Below, piece after piece: positions 1 through 7,502 of a stretch of DNA of 64,000 nucleotides (position 1 is the stretch's first letter; the number at the start of each line of letters is the position of its first letter). The position numbers were made by a program, and so were the translations under genes. The notes below the pieces were generated by a model. It did not search any database. It saw only the letters and a list, made by a program, of their open reading frames with translations, and had not been told where the DNA came from. Source of the DNA: Sedimentisphaerales bacterium (GTDB lineage Bacteria; Planctomycetota; Phycisphaerae; Sedimentisphaerales; Anaerobacaceae); assembly GCA_040772485.1 (NCBI GenBank), contig JAXGYC010000010.1, positions 1-64,000 on the forward strand. Direction: 5' to 3'.

Positions 1-63
1 ACGTTCATCGTCGTGAACGCTGTAACCGGCTACCCACAGAGATAACTGCTCAAACTCGGTCAT
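1..63 (-). CDS. Phage hypothetical protein, 5' part only (MTEFEQLSLWVAGYSVHDDER...)
   Basis: ATG at 63, overlapping the end of the upstream ORF; frame open to the window edge. Confidence 0.4.
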   Translation of the reverse strand, partial: MTEFEQLSLWVAGYSVHDDER

Positions 64-232
64 GGCACTGCTCGTGGTATATCTTCGCCACGTCATCATC
101 GGGAAAGTCGTTGATCGGCGTCTCGCAGACCATGACGATGTCACCGGCCCCGAAAACGCCGCCGCAACCATCGCAACGCGCGTCCTGACAGGGATCGTAT
201 AGGCGCTCGCAGGGCACATGCTCCGGGCGCAT
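50..232 (-). CDS. Small phage protein, putative Zn-binding (CDGC...HEQC)
   Basis: C-terminal 60 aa of ORF 50..364 from the internal Met; CxxC/HxxC pattern. Confidence 0.45.
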   Translation of the reverse strand: MRPEHVPCERLYDPCQDARCDGCGGVFGAGDIVMVCETPINDFPDDDVAKIYHEQCHDRV

Positions 233-494
233 CTTCCGTGGGTACTTCGGCCCTCTTACCATAGAGAAACTCCACCTCCACATTGCCGGACAACATCTCG
301 GCCATCGCCATACGAACGCCCGCCCGGAAGCCGATGCCGAGCAGGTCGTCACTGGACAGCGCAACCACCTCCTTCAACTGCGCATCGGTAGCGGCATCGA
401 GCACGGTTTCGCCATAGTGCGTCCAGAGGATCTCCGCAAACTCATCCAAGACATCACGAACATCGGTCCCACGCACCACATGCAACTCAGGCAT
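141..494 (-). CDS. Phage hypothetical protein
   Basis: AAGGAGG RBS before ATG at 494 (MPELHVVRG...). Confidence 0.6.
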   Translation of the reverse strand: MPELHVVRGTDVRDVLDEFAEILWTHYGETVLDAATDAQLKEVVALSSDDLLGIGFRAGVRMAMAEMLSGNVEVEFLYGKRAEVPTEDAPGACALRAPIRSLSGRALRWLRRRFRGR

Positions 495-525
495 TGCAGA
501 CCTCCTTGTCACGTCACAATCTCCA

Positions 526-1017
526 TCAGAAAGGGATATCGCTGTCGCTCGGCGGCGGGCCGAAGTCATCGTCCCATCCGGGCTCGCGTTGTCCCTGTGG
601 CGGCGGAGCTTGTCGCTGCCCCTGCGGAGCCTGCTGTTGTGGGGGCTGCTGTCGGCCACCGTTGCCCTGCTGCTGACCCTGCTGGTTGCCGTTCGGGAGG
701 AACTGGAACCCTGTCAACACCACCCGATGTCGGCTCCGCTTCGTACCGTCCTTCGCCGTCCAGGTGTCGAGCACCAGTCGCCCCTGCACAAAGATCAGCG
801 AGCCTTTCTGTGTGTACTGGTTGATCGTCGTGGCCATGTTCCCAAAGGCCCGGCAATCAACAAACAGCACTTCTTCCTTCTGTTGCCCGGCCTGGTCCTT
901 CCACTTGCGGTTGACCGCCAACCCGAAGTCGGCCACCGCCGTGCCGCCGGGTGTGTACGACATCTGAATGTCTCTGCTCACGTTGCCCATCAGCAACACC
1001 TGATTGAACGCTGCCAT
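526..1017 (-). CDS. ssb: Single-stranded DNA-binding protein (phage)
   Basis: N-terminal FNQVLLMGN OB-fold, Q/G/P-rich linker, acidic C-terminal tip DSDIPF. Confidence 0.97.
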   Translation of the reverse strand: MAAFNQVLLMGNVSRDIQMSYTPGGTAVADFGLAVNRKWKDQAGQQKEEVLFVDCRAFGNMATTINQYTQKGSLIFVQGRLVLDTWTAKDGTKRSRHRVVLTGFQFLPNGNQQGQQQGNGGRQQPPQQQAPQGQRQAPPPQGQREPGWDDDFGPPPSDSDIPF

Positions 1018-1036
1018 GATTCGTCTCCAAAAAGTG

Positions 1037-1480
1037 TCACGTTCTCAAACTATCGCCTTGTTCCGGCTCTATGCGCCGCCGCCACCACGTCTTGTCCGGC
1101 GGTGGAATGAAAATGCCTTTTTTCTCGGCCCGGTCCCAGATGTTCTCCAGCCAGCGGTTGAACTGCTGAACATCGAGCTTCGTCTTGGAGCACTCCACCC
1201 ACATGTCGGGACCAACCTTCTTGATAAGCTCCCATTCCTTGCCACATTCATGCTTGCACCAAAACTCCGCCTGCCACCTGGAACACGACATCGCCTCGGT
1301 TAAAACGGGAATCACGACGCCGTAAAAATACGCATACTGCTTGAGCGTCACCTCCCGCTTCTCGTCATACTTGCGGACCTCGACCACGAACCGCTTGTGC
1401 TTCATGCACGCTTTGTTAATGGCCGGCCAGTCCGTCGCCGGTTGACCGTCAACTGTTTGTCCGATCCACTCCATTGCCAT
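1037..1480 (-). CDS. NinB/Orf-like phage recombination accessory protein
   Basis: QYAYFYG...SKTKLDVQQFNRWLENI...GIFIPPP pattern and position in a recombination module; start set at MAMEWIG. Confidence 0.5.
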   Translation of the reverse strand: MAMEWIGQTVDGQPATDWPAINKACMKHKRFVVEVRKYDEKREVTLKQYAYFYGVVIPVLTEAMSCSRWQAEFWCKHECGKEWELIKKVGPDMWVECSKTKLDVQQFNRWLENIWDRAEKKGIFIPPPDKTWWRRRIEPEQGDSLRT

Positions 1481-2006
1481 CCTTGGTTTCAATGAACGTC
1501 CTTGCGTCACAGCTTTCAAACAACAATGGGTTTTCACATAGATTCAGAGACGCATACCTACCATGCAAAAGCACCGCACCGATGTCTCGTGCGAGAGCCG
1601 CTATTATTGGGTCGGTGTACGTGCCAAAGTGGTGCATACGCCCACCTTTACGCACTCTGGCTTTCCACCCAGGGCCATGTTTGGTGACACCAAGAAAACC
1701 TGAAAGATTGCCTCTGTAACACTTTCTGTGATTACTCAGATTTTGAGACTTGCTGCATCGTCGTAGCATTGATCGGCGGTTATCCAGAGTATTGTGGTTG
1801 ATATGATCCACTTCTTCCCCCCTGGATGCATACATGATCTGCCTGTGCATCAAGATAGTGCCACAGCCTTCTCCCTTGAGAGCGCCTCGGGTAGCGTACC
1901 ACTTGCCATGATAGTTGTGGGCCTGCCAGCTCCATTGCATAAGCCATTTGTAGTCAACGTCATCAACGATGGCATACTTCCCTTTTGTCAGCGGTATCCG
2001 CTCCAT
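1449..2006 (-). CDS. HNH endonuclease with C-terminal AP2 domain (homing endonuclease type)
   Basis: IPLTKGKYAIVD, MHRQIM, VDHINHNTLDNRRSML, SGFLGV...WKARV...HFGTY motifs; more AT-rich than its flanks. Confidence 0.9.
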   Translation of the reverse strand: MERIPLTKGKYAIVDDVDYKWLMQWSWQAHNYHGKWYATRGALKGEGCGTILMHRQIMYASRGEEVDHINHNTLDNRRSMLRRCSKSQNLSNHRKCYRGNLSGFLGVTKHGPGWKARVRKGGRMHHFGTYTDPIIAALARDIGAVLLHGRYASLNLCENPLLFESCDARTFIETKDGNGVDRTNS

Positions 2007-2036
2007 TGACGCCTCATAAGCCAGCATTCAGCCGCG

Positions 2037-2672
2037 TTAATTCGCGTCTCTCGGCCCCAGCCCTCTGGTAATCAATAGTTCGCGTTCTTGCAGCATCGTT
2101 TCCACGAAAGACTCGATCAGCGTCGCCATACGCCTAATGTATGCCTCGTCTCGCTGAACCCGAACAATGAGAGGCTCCATTGTGTCCGAGTACGACACAA
2201 AGTCGCACCACTTCCGCCCCGTCACCCACAGACACCCTTGGACCTGGGGGATGTAGGCCGTGGGCAGCTTTGCGTCGATCAGGTAGCCAACATGCGTGTG
2301 CGGTGCCGGAGCCTTGATCTCGATCAAGCCATCGTCGCCCACCAGTCCATCCGGCGAGCACCCGATCTGCCGGCGTTCATCCAAGAACACAAACCCCGCC
2401 TCGGTCACTTCGGCGTCCGCCTCGAACTCGTAAAACGCCCGCGCCTCCGGCTCCAACTCCGTGCCCCGCTGCATCCAGCCCGACTCTTTGATCGACACCG
2501 GCTGCCCGGTCAACCATTCCGCCAGCAGCTCGCGTCGATACGCCACCGCCGACGCGCTTGCCTTGCCGGTCGCCGGCGTAATGATCTTGTCGAAGCAGCT
2601 TGCCGTCGCCACGCCACACCGGAGCTTGAGCCATTCATCCGATCTCTGTTCCACCTCCACCAGCACGCTCAT
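2037..2672 (-). CDS. YqaJ / lambda-exonuclease family 5'-3' exonuclease
   Basis: QRSDEWLKLRCG, MQRGTELE, GCSPDGLV, IEIKAP, YIPQVQG motifs; ATGA overlap with the ERF gene. Confidence 0.93.
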   Translation of the reverse strand: MSVLVEVEQRSDEWLKLRCGVATASCFDKIITPATGKASASAVAYRRELLAEWLTGQPVSIKESGWMQRGTELEPEARAFYEFEADAEVTEAGFVFLDERRQIGCSPDGLVGDDGLIEIKAPAPHTHVGYLIDAKLPTAYIPQVQGCLWVTGRKWCDFVSYSDTMEPLIVRVQRDEAYIRRMATLIESFVETMLQERELLITRGLGPRDAN

Positions 2673-3436
2673 GCCGACTTCCTCCGCAAGGTGGCCACGA
2701 TCGCGTCGTACCGGCTCGCCGGAATGTCCTCGACCCCCTCGACCCCCACCCACGCCAAAAACCGCTGCCTGCTCGCCTTGGTCTCTCTCAGGAGCCGCTC
2801 GATCTCCGTCTGCTGCTCCACGGAAATCACGCCGTTCCCACCGGCCCCCTGGCCATCATCGTCCTCTTCCTGTGCCGCCAGACCCAACAAGGCGAACAGC
2901 GTATACCGCTCCAGGTACGTCACCGTAGACCCGATGGCCTGGATCGGATTCTTGTTGCCCGACAGGTCCACCGGAGCACACAAAGACGTGGACTCGCTGT
3001 GCCCGAAGGCGTGCGTCACAGTGCAGGTCACCTTCACCATCCCGTCCGGCTGCTCCGTCCGCCAGGAATGGCTCAGCCCGCACTCGCCGAGCAGGGTCTT
3101 GATCTGCTCGATTGACTCGCTCAAGCCGGCGTGCCGGTAGCTCGTCCGTCCTTTCGCGCTGGTGAAGTCCACCACCCGCGTCTTGAGGATCGGCGGGCAT
3201 TTGGCTCGGAACTGCGCCATCGCCTCCGTGTAGGCGTCCCGCGCCGCGTCCGCCCTGGCCTCTCGCCGCAGATTCAACAACTCCCGCAACGTCTCGACCG
3301 CCGCCCCGCCTTCCACGGCGAGATTCACCAGTCGATCCACCTCCGGCGTTCTTGCCGCCAACGCCGTCTCCGTTGTGGCTGCCCCCCCGACAGCCACCAC
3401 CGGAGCCTCGATCACAGCACTACTTCGCTTTGCCAT
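2669..3436 (-). CDS. ERF-family single-strand annealing protein
   Basis: GHSESTSL, IQAIGSTVTYLERYTLFALLGLA-EEDDDG ERF signature. Confidence 0.92.
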   Translation of the reverse strand: MAKRSSAVIEAPVVAVGGAATTETALAARTPEVDRLVNLAVEGGAAVETLRELLNLRREARADAARDAYTEAMAQFRAKCPPILKTRVVDFTSAKGRTSYRHAGLSESIEQIKTLLGECGLSHSWRTEQPDGMVKVTCTVTHAFGHSESTSLCAPVDLSGNKNPIQAIGSTVTYLERYTLFALLGLAAQEEDDDGQGAGGNGVISVEQQTEIERLLRETKASRQRFLAWVGVEGVEDIPASRYDAIVATLRRKSA

Positions 3437-3593
3437 CGCTCCTACCCTTTCGTCTCTGTTTCAATTCGTTCTCCAGGTCCATCAACAACTTGTCCCGATT
3501 CCATTGACCGTGACGGCACAACCACGTCCGCTCCAGGGCGGCGAGGAAATCCCGCACCGTCTGTCGTCGCTGATCGGGCCGCATCCGTTTCAT
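3420..3593 (-). CDS. Small phage hypothetical protein
   Basis: MKRMRPDQRR... fills the gap between neighbouring genes in the operon. Confidence 0.5.
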   Translation of the reverse strand: MKRMRPDQRRQTVRDFLAALERTWLCRHGQWNRDKLLMDLENELKQRRKGRSDGKAK

Positions 3594-3595
3594 GG

Positions 3596-3838
3596 TCAGC
3601 ACTCGTAGGGGGTTGCCACGTTGTCGCGCCCGCAGAACGGGCAGCGTCCCGCATCCCTGTACTGCTCGTAGGTCAGCACCCGCTGGCAGTCCATGCACAC
3701 GCAGATCAGGCCCAACCGGGCAAACAACTTCTCCAGGATGTGGCCGAAACGATAGGACAAGCGATCCCGACGATTCTGAGGCAGGTCCGCCCACCGCTGC
3801 TGCACATCCTCTTGCTTGCAAACTTCCGATAGCGTCAT
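3596..3838 (-). CDS. Small phage zinc-ribbon protein
   Basis: CMDC...CPFC pair; first gene after the promoter. Confidence 0.65.
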   Translation of the reverse strand: MTLSEVCKQEDVQQRWADLPQNRRDRLSYRFGHILEKLFARLGLICVCMDCQRVLTYEQYRDAGRCPFCGRDNVATPYEC

Positions 3839-3880
3839 CGTCTTACCCTTTTCCAGAAGAGCCGTATCTATCTATGATAT

Positions 3881-3909
3881 AGTATATCGCCTTTGTCGGC
3901 TTTAGTCAA
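3881..3909 (-). promoter_or_regulatory. sigma70-type promoter of the phage leftward operon
   Basis: TTGACT-17 nt-TATACT on the minus strand. Confidence 0.8.
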
Positions 3910-3959
3910 GGGGAAAAACCCAGACCTCCCCAATTTTTTATGTCGTTCCGATCAATAGT

Positions 3960-4446
3960 ACGCCGGGAGCGATCTCCCTGTCGTCTCCCGGCTACGGGTG
4001 GGTAACACCGTATGGGGCCTTCGCCTTCATGCGTCGGCCCCAAGGTCAATGGACTGCAAACAGGCGACTCGGATCAACCGCAATCCGCCACAGCGGGACT
4101 CGGACCACCGCAATCGCCCGGCGAGGGATCAAGGTGGGCCTGGGGACGGATGAAACGATTAGGAGCCGTCCCCGGCCCATGGTGCACGGCCTCCTTGCCG
4201 TTACGTGGGCTTACGCCGCATCCAGAGCTTCCTATTCAGACAACGCCCCCGGCAGGAGTCGAACCTGCAACACCGCCACCTGCGCAGTCGGCCGAACCCG
4301 CCTCGGCGATGGAGTGTTACCGTTACACCACGGGGGACAAAATGGGGCTGACAAGCCCCACTTGGGAGGAGGATACACAAACGGCCGGTGACGGATCGGG
4401 AACCCGTCACCGGTCCACAACGACGCGACCCCACAGTCACCGTCGA
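3960..4446 (-). ncRNA. Putative structured non-coding RNA block (about 9 hairpins plus a tRNA-like domain)
   Basis: Consecutive inverted repeats, e.g. 3962-3992, 3993-4012, 4013-4042, 4135-4180, 4186-4201, 4343-4360, 4383-4414, 4421-4445; no recognisable protein. Confidence 0.55.
4244..4337 (-). tRNA. tRNA-like element (tRNA-Gln-like body, non-canonical expanded anticodon arm); not a standard decoding tRNA
   Basis: Acceptor TCCCCCG/CGGGGGC, D-arm TGGTGTAACGGTAACAC, T-arm GCAGG-TTCGACT-CCTGC. Confidence 0.6.
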
Positions 4447-4487
4447 GAGTGAGCATCGGTTTTGACTACTGAGCCTCGGTTTTTACC

Positions 4488-4535
4488 GTCGGTTTCCTAA
4501 ACCGGGGGTCACAGGTTCGAATCCTGTCGGGCGTA
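4488..4535 (+). repeat. Prophage att site: 3' half of tRNA-Arg(CCT)
   Basis: TCGGT-TTCCTAA-ACCGG anticodon arm, ACAGG-TTCGAAT-CCTGT T-arm and 3' acceptor strand; no D-arm or 5' acceptor strand upstream. Confidence 0.85.
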
Positions 4536-4730
4536 GTCGCCGGAATACGCGCGAGCCTGTGCCGGGTGGCAATCTGCCGTTTCGTGGTGGAGAACGGCGT
4601 TTTCGCAAGGGGTGGCTCACGATCCGGTGGAGGGTATGGGCGAGCGGCGTGCAGAGGTTGCGTCACATTCTGTGCCGCGCGTATGGACTGCTCGTGCCGG
4701 AGAGCTTTGGAGGAAGAAACCCTCTCGAAA

Positions 4731-5912
4731 TCACATGCTCAGAGGATGCCTGCGGTTCTCCAGCGGCAGTCGGACAGGCGCCTTGAGCCGGTGCGATTCG
4801 TACACCGCCAGAATCATCTCGAGTGCCGCCCGTCCATCGTACATACTGCCTTTGGGCTGCGTGTCGGTCTCGATGGCTCGGATCAGGTCCAGTGCGATCA
4901 GACGATTGCCGTATGCCTGATTCGGATCGCTGAGGGGTTCCGGCTTGTCGACGCCGTCGCTGGATATCCGCTTCCACGGCGCCTTGCTGCGCCCAGGTTG
5001 CCAGGATGGGTCCTCCACGTACCAGATCTCAGGTACAGCGCCCGTGGTCATCGTGAGAATCCCCCTGCTGCCATAGACCTGAAGGCCATACCGGGCCGAG
5101 GCGCCCTGTCGGGCACGATGCGTGGAGAAGTAGCCTGTTGTCATCCCATCGAAGCCGTACATCGCGTGAATCTCGTCTCCGGCAAGGGGACCGATTCCTT
5201 CGGCGCCGTCGCGAACATCGCTTCTCGTGACAGGATGCCCATCGGACCTCACCTGCGCGAAGCACCATTGTGCGTTGCCCGCGACAAACCGCATCAGATC
5301 CATGACGTGAGTCCCGAGCACCATGAGGTCTTCACCGCCGCCACGACGGTCCTCTTTGCCCCGGCCCCGCAACTCAAGAATGTCCCCCAGCGATCCGTCT
5401 GCGATCATCTTCTGCGCGTAGGCCAGCGCCGGGCTATAGCGGATCTGATGGGCAATCGCCAGCTTCAGGTTCCGTTTCTCCAGAGCGGCAATCATCTCGT
5501 CCGCCTGTTCGAGAGTCTGACACATTGGCTTTTCGAGAAAGACATGGCAACCTACCTCGGCACAGGCCAGCACCATGTCACGATGACAGTCCAGCCAACG
5601 AGGAGCCACGCTCACGATCTGCGGACGTTCCTTCTCGAGCATCTGGCGAAAGTCGCCGTAACTGGTCGGTGCGCGCAGCCGCAGGGCCGCCGCTGCACGG
5701 CCCTGCGGATCCGGGTCAGCCACGGCCACCACTTCAACCTGGTCCAGGCCATTCCACACAACGTCCAGTCCGTGACCGTAGTTCCCTTGCCCTGTCCTGC
5801 CGATGACTGCCACTCGATATTTCGCCGTTCCCGGCCGGGCAATGCTTCTGCGGCTCCTCGGCAAATTGGCCAAGGTGATTGCAGAGGCCGCGATGAAATC
5901 CCGCCGTCTCAC
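4731..5912 (-). CDS. Gfo/Idh/MocA family oxidoreductase with Tat-like signal
   Basis: GTG start after AGGAGA; RRRDFI; VFLEKPM motif. Confidence 0.9.
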   Translation of the reverse strand: MRRRDFIAASAITLANLPRSRRSIARPGTAKYRVAVIGRTGQGNYGHGLDVVWNGLDQVEVVAVADPDPQGRAAAALRLRAPTSYGDFRQMLEKERPQIVSVAPRWLDCHRDMVLACAEVGCHVFLEKPMCQTLEQADEMIAALEKRNLKLAIAHQIRYSPALAYAQKMIADGSLGDILELRGRGKEDRRGGGEDLMVLGTHVMDLMRFVAGNAQWCFAQVRSDGHPVTRSDVRDGAEGIGPLAGDEIHAMYGFDGMTTGYFSTHRARQGASARYGLQVYGSRGILTMTTGAVPEIWYVEDPSWQPGRSKAPWKRISSDGVDKPEPLSDPNQAYGNRLIALDLIRAIETDTQPKGSMYDGRAALEMILAVYESHRLKAPVRLPLENRRHPLSM

Positions 5913-5993
5913 GTGGTGTCTCCTATCCAGCCGTGCGCGTTGCCCCCCTGTGGGACCCTTCGCATCCCCAATCACAGCAGAAGCCTGTCGGGA

Positions 5994-7316
5994 TCAGACG
6001 CCCTTCGGCACGGCCCAATGGCCGGCGCGATACGTACGACGCATCAGGCTGTTGGCCTCATCGTCACCGACCACCTGTTCGGCCTGCGGGTCGAAATGAA
6101 TCACCCGCCCGACGCGCGTGGCGATGTTTCCCAGATGGGCAAGGGTCGCGGACAGGTGGCCGATCTCGATATCGGCGTTGGGACGCCCGCCCGTCTTGAG
6201 GCAGTCGAGGAAATCGCGGTGATGCACTGTGCCGTCAAGCCGGCCCTTCATCTGGTCACGAAGCTCGTTGCGAGGCCCGTACAACTGCCAGCCATCGTGC
6301 TTGCCCAGAATCAACAGGCCCTCGGTGCCGTAGAAGGCGTTGCCGTTCTCATAGCCTTCCTGAACGTAGGGCGACCAAAGGCGCTGCTCATACACCAACT
6401 GCTTCCTACGCGTGCCGGCCGTGCCGTATTCGAACACGACGTATTGCGTGTCAGGAAACTGCTGATCGTCCGCAAAGAAGTACTTGCCGCCGATCGCGGC
6501 TACGGTGTTCGGGTGGGTCTCGACACCCAGGCCCCAACGCGCCAGGTCCATGTCGTGCACACCGTCGTTGCCGATGTCCCCCGTCCCGAAAGCCAGGAAC
6601 CAGCGCCACGTCGAGTGCAGCAGGTTGCTCTGATACGGCACCATCGGGGCCGGACCGACCCAGAGGTCAAAGTCCAGGTGCGGCGGCGGCTCTTCCGGTT
6701 GGCGCTTGCCGATATCCCGGCGCAACTGGCTGTTCCACGCCCTTGCGACCAGAACCTCACCGATCGCGCCCTCGCGCAACAGTTCCATCGCTCGCGCGAC
6801 GTACGCCGCGCTGCGACTCTGGGTTCCCACCTGGACCGTACGTCGGTAGCGGCGAGCCGCCTCCACCATCAAGCGACCCTCGCGGATGTTGTGAGAACAG
6901 GGCTTCTCCACGTAGACGTGCTTTCCCGCCTCGCAAGCCAGGATGGTGGCCGGCGCATGCCAGTGGTCGGGAGTAGCGATGACCACGGCGTCCACGTGCT
7001 TGTCGTCGAGCACACGACGCAAATCCGCCACAGTCTTGGGCGCCCGTCCCGTGGCCTGCTCCACCATGCCGGCCGCCTGGTTCATGCGATTGGCATCGGG
7101 ATCACAGACATAGGCCACCTCAACATCCTCTTGCGCGGCGAACGACCTGAGCAGCCCGGAGCCGTGCCCGCCCGGGCCGATCATCCCCAGCACGATTCTG
7201 TCGTTGGCGCCGGCGGCAGGCCGGGAGCCAGGCAGGCCGGCCAGCGCCATGGCAGTCGCCAGTGTCCCGGATCGCTTCAACAGACTTCTGCGACTGAGTC
7301 TTCCCATAGCAGCCAT
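5994..7316 (-). CDS. Gfo/Idh/MocA family oxidoreductase with Tat signal
   Basis: SRRSLLK; IGPGGHG; ATPDHWH; VYVEKP. Confidence 0.92.
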   Translation of the reverse strand: MAAMGRLSRRSLLKRSGTLATAMALAGLPGSRPAAGANDRIVLGMIGPGGHGSGLLRSFAAQEDVEVAYVCDPDANRMNQAAGMVEQATGRAPKTVADLRRVLDDKHVDAVVIATPDHWHAPATILACEAGKHVYVEKPCSHNIREGRLMVEAARRYRRTVQVGTQSRSAAYVARAMELLREGAIGEVLVARAWNSQLRRDIGKRQPEEPPPHLDFDLWVGPAPMVPYQSNLLHSTWRWFLAFGTGDIGNDGVHDMDLARWGLGVETHPNTVAAIGGKYFFADDQQFPDTQYVVFEYGTAGTRRKQLVYEQRLWSPYVQEGYENGNAFYGTEGLLILGKHDGWQLYGPRNELRDQMKGRLDGTVHHRDFLDCLKTGGRPNADIEIGHLSATLAHLGNIATRVGRVIHFDPQAEQVVGDDEANSLMRRTYRAGHWAVPKGV

Positions 7317-7502
7317 TGTTACAGCATCGGCTCCAGAACGCAAGCCTCCGGTATGCGTTTTTCCATCGACGGCGACGCCGCCGCGCACGGTCCGGCAAGA
7401 GTTGTTGACGGTTCCGCGTGGAGATGCCGCTCAGGGGAATCTCCGGCATCCGCCGACAATCCCTCGGCGTGGCCGTAGCGTCTCCTGTCATTTGGCGAAA
7501 CG

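Larger units (their letters stand above)
1..4535. mobile_element. Terminal part of a prophage (extends left beyond the window), bounded by an att site in the tRNA-Arg(CCT) 3' half
   Basis: Tightly packed minus-strand ssb/NinB-like/HNH/YqaJ/ERF genes and small Cys-rich ORFs, ending at a 3' tRNA fragment; host metabolic genes follow. Confidence 0.85.

Noticed and set aside
4140..4240. Self-cleaving ribozyme (twister/pistol/HDV-like theta) downstream of the tRNA-like element
   Set aside because: Only fragmentary resemblance (TAAGCCC); I could not build the required pseudoknots or catalytic cores by eye
4241..4271. Second att site: 28/31 match to the tRNA-Arg(TCG) 3' end at 50122-50152
   Set aside because: T-arm and acceptor sequences are generically similar among tRNAs, and this copy has its own D-arm and 5' strand
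4488..4535. Functional tRNA-Arg(CCT)
   Set aside because: 5' acceptor strand and D-arm are absent; interpreted as an att duplication
4566..7478. 970-aa plus-strand ORF
   Set aside because: Antisense shadow of two clear oxidoreductase genes; no motifs; expected in high-GC coding DNA
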